DNA of 64,000 nt, from the sequence record SRR31156797_986; one strand, 5' to 3'. The notes beneath the pieces are model-generated. The model was given only the letters and a program-made list of their open reading frames with translations, ran no database searches and had not been told where the DNA came from. Shown in pieces: positions 56,670 to 64,000 of this stretch. Position numbers and translations under genes: made by a program. The stretch's first letter is position 1. Every line of letters begins with the position of its first letter.

Positions 56670-56954
56670 GTTGGGCGATTTGCCACCATACTTGTCAGTT
56701 TGGAAAAAACTTGTCCATGAAAAGTAAAATAATTTAGTATTTGGGCTGGAATCCTATTTGCCTGAAAGGCAACATAAAAGTACATTTACCAGCATATAAT
56801 AACTTCGGGATAAAAATGTGCTTGAAATAAAGATGATAAAGGGTTTTAAATAAAAAGTCAGCTACTAAATAAAAATTAATTATTAAAAAACTTTATGTAA
56901 TTTGTAAGAAATTAGAAACTTATGCGAATAATAGAGTAAATAAAAGTTGATACT

Positions 56955-57464
56955 TTGGATAAAAACAGAATTACAAAAGAGTTTACTGAGATTATTGAAG
57001 AGAATCAGGGTATCATCTTCAACGTTTCATCTATGTATTGTAATGATGTGAATTGCAGAAAAGATTTAGTTCAGGAGATTCTGTTGCAATTGTGGAAATC
57101 GTTTCCATCATTCGATAAAACTAAGAAGTATACTACATGGATGTATCGTATTGCACTAAACACCGCAATTTCTCAGTGGAGGAAAGCTAAAACCAATAAA
57201 GAAATATCAACTGACCAATTACCAGTAAATTTAAGCGAAGAAGATTTTACTGATGAAAAAAATGAAAGAATAAGAATCCTAAATCTTGCACTAAATAGAT
57301 TGAATAAGGCTGAAAGATCCATTATAATCTTATATATGGATGACTATCCCTACGATGAAATTTCTGAAATCATTGGCATATCCGTTTCAAATGTTGGTGT
57401 GAAGATTAATCGTATAAAAAAGAAGTTGCAAAACCATTTAAAAGAATTGGGATATGGACTTTAA
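56955..57464 (+). CDS. ECF RNA polymerase sigma factor
   Basis: KDLVQEILLQLWKSF, TWMYRIALNTAI, EISEIIGISVSNVGVKINRIK; TTG start. Confidence 0.92.
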   Translation: MDKNRITKEFTEIIEENQGIIFNVSSMYCNDVNCRKDLVQEILLQLWKSFPSFDKTKKYTTWMYRIALNTAISQWRKAKTNKEISTDQLPVNLSEEDFTDEKNERIRILNLALNRLNKAERSIIILYMDDYPYDEISEIIGISVSNVGVKINRIKKKLQNHLKELGYGL

Positions 57465-58101
57465 TGAAATAAAAAATACTTGGAAAAGTTCAATAAATAA
57501 AATAGAACCACTCACTAATGAGCAGTTTGAGGCTATCCCTAAAATTAAAAGCAAATCGAATACGGCCTTAGGTAAGATTAAAGCTAGTTTCAGATTTGAA
57601 TTAATCACAGGGCTTGTGATGTATTTGTGTATAATTATAGGAGTATTTATTTTAATACCTGCACCACAATCCATTATATTTTTTGTGCTTGTTAGTTTAC
57701 TTATGGGAATTCCAATGATATTTTATTATAGGACCTACAAAAAAATTCAGCATGTTATCTATTCTGAAAATACATTTAAACAAAGTTTGCAAATGACCAT
57801 CAATGACATAGAGAGATTTGTGATGCTTGGGAAAAGCAACTACCTAAAATTTATCATGATACCAATTTCAGTTTTAACAGGAATGTTCATGGGATTATTT
57901 ATCGGCACTGGGGAAAGTGATATTATCGAAATATTTAATTCCCTAAAAACCCACACAATTATAAAAATGATTGTGCTACTTACAATTTTTAGCGGGACAA
58001 TGATCCCACTCTCGAAATATTATTTCAAGAAAAAATTCAAACAACATTACCTTGAGCTAAAGAAATGTGTGAAAGAATTAGAAGAAGAAACAATTAAATA
58101 A
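57454..58101 (+). CDS. Putative multi-TM anti-sigma factor
   Basis: Overlaps sigma stop; MDFNEIKNTW N-terminus; about four TM. Confidence 0.65.
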   Translation: MDFNEIKNTWKSSINKIEPLTNEQFEAIPKIKSKSNTALGKIKASFRFELITGLVMYLCIIIGVFILIPAPQSIIFFVLVSLLMGIPMIFYYRTYKKIQHVIYSENTFKQSLQMTINDIERFVMLGKSNYLKFIMIPISVLTGMFMGLFIGTGESDIIEIFNSLKTHTIIKMIVLLTIFSGTMIPLSKYYFKKKFKQHYLELKKCVKELEEETIK

Positions 58102-58126
58102 TTATGTATTACCAAAATTATATAAG

Positions 58127-58354
58127 ATGGAAAAATTGAACAAAAAAGCATGGACGTCAGGAGCTTTAATTATTGCAAGTGCTGTTATTTGGGCAGCAGT
58201 AATTTTAGGCTGTTCATTTGCACTAAAGGGAACAGAATGTTATGATAAAATTCAAAATATTTTAGTTGGTGGAACTCTTGCTCATATAATATTATTAGGA
58301 ATTCCAATAACTACGAGCATTATAAAAACCAAGGAAAAAGCAAAAGACAAATAG
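58127..58354 (+). CDS. Small 2-TM hypothetical protein
   Basis: 75 aa, two hydrophobic helices, co-oriented. Confidence 0.65.
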   Translation: MEKLNKKAWTSGALIIASAVIWAAVILGCSFALKGTECYDKIQNILVGGTLAHIILLGIPITTSIIKTKEKAKDK

Positions 58355-58501
58355 AATAACCCGGTTAGTAACCAGAAGACTCAACAAATTCATATTTAGT
58401 TAAATACATTTAATGAACATATTTGAGTAATAACTCAAACAGCCACACCTGTGTCTACAAATCGAAAACTTTGAAATTACAAATCCTAAAAACTTAGCCA
58501 A

Positions 58502-59405
58502 ATGAAATCAAAGAGAATAAAATCAGTAGTTGCATTAATGGTAATTTGTTTTATCACTTCAGCTTCACGAGCTTCTTATGCACAAACATTGGATGGTGTA
58601 CAGTTTTAAAAAAACCCTACTCTGGGAAATAACAGGAAACGGGTTAAAAAAACCTTCCTACCTTTTCGGGACCATCCATATCATCGATTCATCCTATTAT
58701 TTTATGGATAATAAAGCAAAAGAAGTGTTGGGGAAAAGCGAAAAACTGGTCATGGAAATTAACATGAACGATCCGAATTTCCAGCAACAATCCATATTGG
58801 CTTCAATAATGGAAAAGGATTCGCTCGACAACCTGCTGTCTCCTGCCAACTACAAAAAAGTGGATGCCTTCTTTACCGATTCACTGGGCATTCCACTGCA
58901 GGCAGTAAAAAAGATGAAACCATTTTTCCTTGCCGAATTCCCTGTTTTGTTGAAGCTACCAAAGACAAAATCCTATGAAGAAGAATTTAAAATTATGGCC
59001 AAAGAACAACAAAAAGAGATACTGGGGATATCAACCATAACTAAAGAATATGAGATTTTTGATGGCATTAGATTGGATGTGCAGGCCCGTATGTTGGTTG
59101 AGTCGGTTGACCCGGATATTATAAAAAAAGATATGCTTAGAAGAAAGAAAGTAATGTTGCTGTACCAGCAACAAAATATAGTCGGGATTTTTAATACCAT
59201 GAAACAAGCAATGGCCAAATATGACAATGTTTACCAGGTTATGTTTCCGAGGAGGCATGAAGTATGGATTCCCTCTATGATAAACCTGATGAATGAAAAT
59301 TCCTGCTTTTTTGCAGTGGGAGTTGGGCACCTTGCCGGAGAAGATGGTTTGATTATGTCACTCAGAGGAGCAGGTTATAAGCTAGAACCTATTGTTACTA
59401 AATAA
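58502..59405 (+). pseudogene. TraB/GumN family protein with +1 frameshift after the signal peptide
   Basis: Signal peptide ORF 58502-58609 ends TTT TAA; LLWEI..KPSYLFGTIH and FFAVGVGHLAG..G domain is in the +1 frame. Confidence 0.75.
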
Positions 59406-59462
59406 ATCAAAAGTATCATTAACCAAAAATAAACAAAAGAAAACCGTTTAAACTTTAAACTC

Positions 59463-61580
59463 ATGAAAACTAAATTTTTTATAGTAATGTTGAGTATTGT
59501 TGCATTTAGCAGCATGACATTAAAAAGTCAGACGATTGATTCTGATAGAGCTAAAACTGCAGCAGTGAATTTTTACAATCAACAGGTAATTGCAGAAAAC
59601 AGTATTAAACCTTCTGAGATTTCAAAAGCAGATATTTCTTTAATAAAAGATGAAGATATCGAATTGTATTATATCATCAATATTAAAGAAAGAGGGTTCG
59701 TGATTATCAGCGCTCAGGAAAATGTGTATCCTCTATTAGCCTATTCGGCTAAAAATATTTTCTTACCATCAGATATACCTGATCATGTTCAGGCTTTATT
59801 GAATGGTTATGAAAAGCAAATAATCCATGCGGTTGAATCTGGTTTGAAAGCAGATAACAAAATAAGTGAAGCATGGAATAACCTGATAGAAGGTAGTGAG
59901 CTGAAATTTCCAGAAGCAGAGATTGAACCATTAACAACTTCTCTATGGGGCCAGGGTGTGCCTTATAATAATTATTGTCCGGAAGATCCTTCTGGCCCGG
60001 GAGGGCATGTGGTAACCGGATGCCCTTCCACAGCTATGGCGCAACTCATGTTTTATTACAGGTATCCCCAACAGGGAGTAGGAAGTAACAGTTATTACCA
60101 GGCACCATACGACACAATCAGTGTAGACTTTGAAAACGCAATTTATAATTATAATGCCATGACTAATGTCAGTAACAATAACAATTTCAAAGAAGTCGCT
60201 GAATTAACTTTTCATGCAGGTGTTGCAATCAATTCGTTTTATGGACCCACAGTCTCTGGTGTATATGATATGCAGGTTGTTGTTGATGGGCTGGAGGATC
60301 ATTTTGCATATGCTGAAGAAGCTGAACTGATTTTTAAAACCTCCTATACTCAAACCGAATGGGAGAATATAATAATAGACAATCTGGAAGAGTCAATGCC
60401 GGTGATCTATTGTGCTGTCGACGTGAGTGCCAATGGTGGCCATACCTGGATATTGGATGGTTATGAAAACGATAATTATTTTCATATGAATTTTGGTTGG
60501 GATGGTGTATTTGACGGATATTACTATTTGGATAATATTTCGGCAGGTGGATATACATTTGATGAGATGCATCAGATGGTGATAAATGTTTTTCCAGCAG
60601 ATCCATCTTATCCATTTGGGTGTTCTTTTTCAGAGCTTACTACTTTCGACGGAACAATTGTGGATGGAAGTGGACCAAATAATTATGCGGATAATACATA
60701 TTGTAGCTGGTTTATCGACCCGCAAATAGCAACCGATTCAGTAACATCAATAACATTAAGTTTCGATAAATTCGATACAGAACCTGATAATGATTATGTT
60801 TCGATTTTTGATGTTTTAACAGATGGTAGTTTAGTTCCTATAGTTACTTTATCCGGTCATGAAATGCCGGGATCGTACACTTCAACAGGAAATAAAATGT
60901 TGGTTACCTTTACAACAAACGATACGGCAACCGGGGCTGGCTTTGTAGCAAGTTATCATAGTAGTATACCTGTGTATTGTAATGGACTAGAATATCATAC
61001 TGAAGAATCAGGTACTTTTTCAGATGGTAGTGGTAGTTTCAATTATTGTTCCAATTCAACCTGTATGTGGAGTATTGAACCGGAGATGGCTTCGTCAGTA
61101 ACCGTACATTTTAATTATTTTGAAACAGAAGAGGATAACGATGTGCTAAAAATATATGAAGATAATACAGTCATTGGAACCTATTCTGGATCCGAAATAC
61201 CACCTGATATTACAGCTGAAAGCGGTAAAATGTTTATCACCTTTCTAACAAACAGTACCAATAATTATAATGGCTGGGAGATTGAATATTTTGTTACCGG
61301 AGTTGATATTGAAGAAACATCAGCTATGGGTAATACATTTAATGTATTTCCAAATCCAATCATAGACTTTGTTAATATTCGAATTAATCAGAAAATGACA
61401 AGAGGTACATCAATTATAATGCATGATGTATTTGGACAAATTATGCTTGAATATCTGTTAGAAGACGTTAACGGACCTACTGAAATTGAATTAGATTGTT
61501 CATCTTTTACTCAAGGGTTATATTTGATTAGCATGAAAAATGAGTCTCAAGTTTTCACAAAAAAAGTAATACTAGAGTAA
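59463..61580 (+). CDS. C10 cysteine peptidase with two CUB domains and T9SS CTD
   Basis: VTGCPSTAMAQ, GGHTWILDGY, FHMNFGW; two DGSG..NY..CxWxI..FxTE..D CUB units; FPNP CTD. Confidence 0.92.
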   Translation: MKTKFFIVMLSIVAFSSMTLKSQTIDSDRAKTAAVNFYNQQVIAENSIKPSEISKADISLIKDEDIELYYIINIKERGFVIISAQENVYPLLAYSAKNIFLPSDIPDHVQALLNGYEKQIIHAVESGLKADNKISEAWNNLIEGSELKFPEAEIEPLTTSLWGQGVPYNNYCPEDPSGPGGHVVTGCPSTAMAQLMFYYRYPQQGVGSNSYYQAPYDTISVDFENAIYNYNAMTNVSNNNNFKEVAELTFHAGVAINSFYGPTVSGVYDMQVVVDGLEDHFAYAEEAELIFKTSYTQTEWENIIIDNLEESMPVIYCAVDVSANGGHTWILDGYENDNYFHMNFGWDGVFDGYYYLDNISAGGYTFDEMHQMVINVFPADPSYPFGCSFSELTTFDGTIVDGSGPNNYADNTYCSWFIDPQIATDSVTSITLSFDKFDTEPDNDYVSIFDVLTDGSLVPIVTLSGHEMPGSYTSTGNKMLVTFTTNDTATGAGFVASYHSSIPVYCNGLEYHTEESGTFSDGSGSFNYCSNSTCMWSIEPEMASSVTVHFNYFETEEDNDVLKIYEDNTVIGTYSGSEIPPDITAESGKMFITFLTNSTNNYNGWEIEYFVTGVDIEETSAMGNTFNVFPNPIIDFVNIRINQKMTRGTSIIMHDVFGQIMLEYLLEDVNGPTEIELDCSSFTQGLYLISMKNESQVFTKKVILE

Positions 61581-61660
61581 TATATTTTTGCAAGTTCATC
61601 AAATGCATAAATACTTCTCATGCAAAAGAGAATAACTGCTCTCGAATAAACCATTCATGC

Positions 61661-63307
61661 ATGATTTCTATGAGAAACAGGATAAAAAAGCAATTGCTCA
61701 ATGAGTTTGGAAAAACTAAAGAAGATTTTTTTCATTTCGGACTTATTGAGCAATACTTTAGAAAAAAGGATCATTCAAAAGCTTTTTGCATATTGTGGGA
61801 TAAAACATGTAATGACCTATATTTTGATGAGTTATTTATGTTTGTTGACAGGACAAGCTCAAAAGTTGGACAGCAGTACCTATATAACAAATTAAGAATT
61901 ATACCATCATCAGCCGAAGATGCTACATATGAAGATCTGATTAATGAACTGTCAGATAATAAAGACTTAAGGGTAAAGATTCAATCATTACTTCACAAAC
62001 TGAATACCAATGATGTATATTATGTATCATCACTGTTTCAGGATGAATATGTAAAACCTCCAAAGTGGTTTTTTGTAACAAGGCTCTTGTCGCTTACCAG
62101 TATAGCTCTCCTAATTATGCTATTGATTAACACTAAGCTATTTCTGGTCTTACTTAGTGTTTTTATTGTAAATATTTGGTTCCATTATCGTAACAAGAAG
62201 AACCTGTATTTATATTTAGGTTCACTACCTCAATTGTTGAAGTTAAACTATGTTGCGAAAAAACTTTATAAATACAGCATATTTAAACAGCTTAATCCAA
62301 GCCTAATGGAATCAAGCAGGGTTATTGACAAAATGAAAAACCGTATGTCATTTTTCAGGCTTGAAGCAAGTATCCAGGGCGAAGCTGAAATGGTGGGCTG
62401 GGCAATTCTTGAGCTAATTAAAATACTTTTTCTATTTGAGCCTTTATTGTTGTTTGGAATACTTCGAAAACTTGACAATAAAAGAAAAGAGCTTAACAAT
62501 ATTTTCGAATTTGTGGGTTTGGTTGACACCCTGATTTCGATTGCCTCACTAAGAAATGGGTTACATAATTATTGTATTCCAACTATAATAAATAAGAATA
62601 AACTAACTACGGATGATGTTTATCATCCACTAATAGAAGATTGTATTGAAAACAACATTAGCTTAAATAATAGGTCCATTTTGCTTACTGGTTCAAACAT
62701 GTCAGGAAAAACTACATTTATCAGAACCATTGGAATAAATGTTATTACAGGGTTAACAATAAACACATGCTTTGCCAGTCAATTTACAATGCCTAGATTA
62801 AGGGTATTATCAGCCATCAGAATAAGTGATGATTTATTAAATGACAGAAGTTACTACTTTGAGGAAGTATTAACCATTAAAGAAATGATTGATAAAAGCA
62901 GTAATGACATCCCAAATTTATTTTTATTAGACGAGATCTTTAAAGGAACTAATACCATAGAAAGAATTTCGGCTGGAAAAGCTGTTCTTTCAACACTTTC
63001 GAAAAGCAAAAACATTGTTTTTGTTTCGACACATGACATTGAATTAACAGATATGTTGTCTGATGAATATCAACTATATCATTTCAGCGAAATTGTAAAA
63101 GACAATAACGTGGATTTTGATTATAAATTAAAACAAGGTAAACTAAAAAACAGAAATGCAATACGGATTCTTCAAATTAATAATTATCCAAATGATTTGA
63201 TAGATGAAGCAATTGAAATTTCTGAAAAACTGGATAAAATCACTGGAGCTAATACTTACTTAACCAATCACAAAAAAACACTATCAAATTATTTCGAATT
63301 GAAATAA
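61661..63307 (+). CDS. MutS domain V (ATPase) family protein with internal hydrophobic segments
   Basis: LTGSNMSGKTT, SYYFEEV, LLDEIFKGTN, VSTHD, YHF; lacks mismatch-binding domain. Confidence 0.88.
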   Translation: MISMRNRIKKQLLNEFGKTKEDFFHFGLIEQYFRKKDHSKAFCILWDKTCNDLYFDELFMFVDRTSSKVGQQYLYNKLRIIPSSAEDATYEDLINELSDNKDLRVKIQSLLHKLNTNDVYYVSSLFQDEYVKPPKWFFVTRLLSLTSIALLIMLLINTKLFLVLLSVFIVNIWFHYRNKKNLYLYLGSLPQLLKLNYVAKKLYKYSIFKQLNPSLMESSRVIDKMKNRMSFFRLEASIQGEAEMVGWAILELIKILFLFEPLLLFGILRKLDNKRKELNNIFEFVGLVDTLISIASLRNGLHNYCIPTIINKNKLTTDDVYHPLIEDCIENNISLNNRSILLTGSNMSGKTTFIRTIGINVITGLTINTCFASQFTMPRLRVLSAIRISDDLLNDRSYYFEEVLTIKEMIDKSSNDIPNLFLLDEIFKGTNTIERISAGKAVLSTLSKSKNIVFVSTHDIELTDMLSDEYQLYHFSEIVKDNNVDFDYKLKQGKLKNRNAIRILQINNYPNDLIDEAIEISEKLDKITGANTYLTNHKKTLSNYFELK

Positions 63308-63383
63308 TACTTTAATTGTCAAAATGAGATGAAGTTTTCAAATTGCAAAAGCTCTCAAATTGTCAGGAAAAATTCTTGATTGT

Positions 63384-63436
63384 AATCGCTAAATTCAGTT
63401 AAAAACGGCGAATTAAATCGCTGAATTCAGTCAAAA
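63384..63436 (+). repeat. 21-bp direct repeat pair, 32-bp period
   Basis: AATCGCTAAATTCAGTTAAAA and AATCGCTGAATTCAGTCAAAA. Confidence 0.7.
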
Positions 63437-63488
63437 TTCGCGATTTGATTATTGGTTTCATTTGAAAATAAATGATTGATGAGTAACA

Positions 63489-63538
63489 AAATTCCGATTG
63501 CTGATCAATCCAGGTAGCGAAAGTTGCCGGGGTTTTTT
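63489..63538 (+). repeat. Right 50-bp direct repeat
   Basis: AAATTCCGATTGCTGATCAATCCAGGTAGCGAAAGTTGCCGGGGTTTTTT. Confidence 0.9.
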
Positions 63539-63711
63539 TTCGCTGGTTAACTCTGACGGGATTCTCCTGGGGTAATGCTTTCGGTAGAAATTCTGTAAGT
63601 GATTCCAATCTTCCCAAATACCTGTTTCATTTTCCCTTTTGTAGATTTTTATCGATGATATTCTGTACTTTTACGCTTTGAAATTCACTCAATAAACTAA
63701 AGTACAATACA

Positions 63712-64000
63712 ATGAAAAACCTCGTTACCTCTCTCATCGCTGTATTCTTGTTTTCTCTTTCCTTTGCCCAAACCCAAAACATCAACCCCGATCCCAATGG
63801 CGATCCATGGATTGTTGGCGGCTTGCGTGAATTAACTCCCGAAGACTACCAGATGCTCTCCAAAGTGCCGCAGTGGGAACCGGAAAATCCGGCCAACGCG
63901 GAAAACCTGCCACTTCAGGTTGACAACACCACCAACGTATGGTTCAGGCCTATCTTTTCGCAAAGTGGCGGATCGTGCGGACAGGCCAGTGGAGTAGGGT
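63712..64000 (+). CDS. Secreted papain-like (C1) cysteine peptidase, partial
   Basis: Manual translation MKNLVTSLIAVFLFSLSFAQ...LPLQVDN...FRPIFSQSGGSCGQASG; Q-x4-C catalytic region; runs off window. Confidence 0.7.
   Translation, partial: MKNLVTSLIAVFLFSLSFAQTQNINPDPNGDPWIVGGLRELTPEDYQMLSKVPQWEPENPANAENLPLQVDNTTNVWFRPIFSQSGGSCGQASGVG

Larger units (their letters stand above)
56465..63538. mobile_element. Putative ~7-kb AT-rich horizontally acquired island (no integrase in window)
   Basis: Flanking direct repeats, visibly AT-richer composition, attC-like site at left end. Confidence 0.6.

Noticed and set aside
63238-63262. Second attC start at the end of the MutS-like gene (ACTGGAGCTAATA)
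   Set aside because: No AAC core and no matching right arm found
61661-63307. Canonical mismatch-repair mutS
   Set aside because: Only 548 aa, lacks the N-terminal mismatch-recognition domain

Overview
64-kb chromosomal segment of a Bacteroidota bacterium, most likely an anaerobic, proteolytic Bacteroidales-type organism (TAnnTTTG -7 promoter boxes, seven complete proteins with a T9SS C-terminal sorting domain, tryptophanase and Fe-S serine dehydratase). Left to right: part of a surface-polysaccharide locus (wzz, wzx); small housekeeping enzymes and transporters; large T9SS cargo genes (S8 subtilase, 1920-aa BNR/HYR protein, a fibre-like DUF1566 protein with a T9SS partner); tRNA-Ser(CGA) and tRNA-Pro(GGG), followed by a minimal GIY-YIG nuclease and a hairpin-remodelled tRNA-Pro copy; sdaA; a C10 protease; rbfA-methyltransferase-ABC permease interrupted by a mosaic of short tandem repeats; tandem Kgp-like and Rgp-like C25 gingipains; an HDAC-family enzyme; an SF1 helicase-nuclease; tnaA with an unannotated 27-codon leader ORF; an ECF sigma operon with a duplicated promoter motif; a ~7-kb AT-rich insert bounded by 50-bp direct repeats and starting with an attC-like site; and the start of a papain-like protease. 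No CRISPR array, integrase, transposase or reverse transcriptase was seen. The best novelty candidates are the tRNA/GIY-YIG/remodelled-tRNA unit, the Trp-less TnaC-like leader, the attC-bearing island and the fibre/T9SS-adaptor pair. All family assignments are from motif recognition by eye, not database searches.
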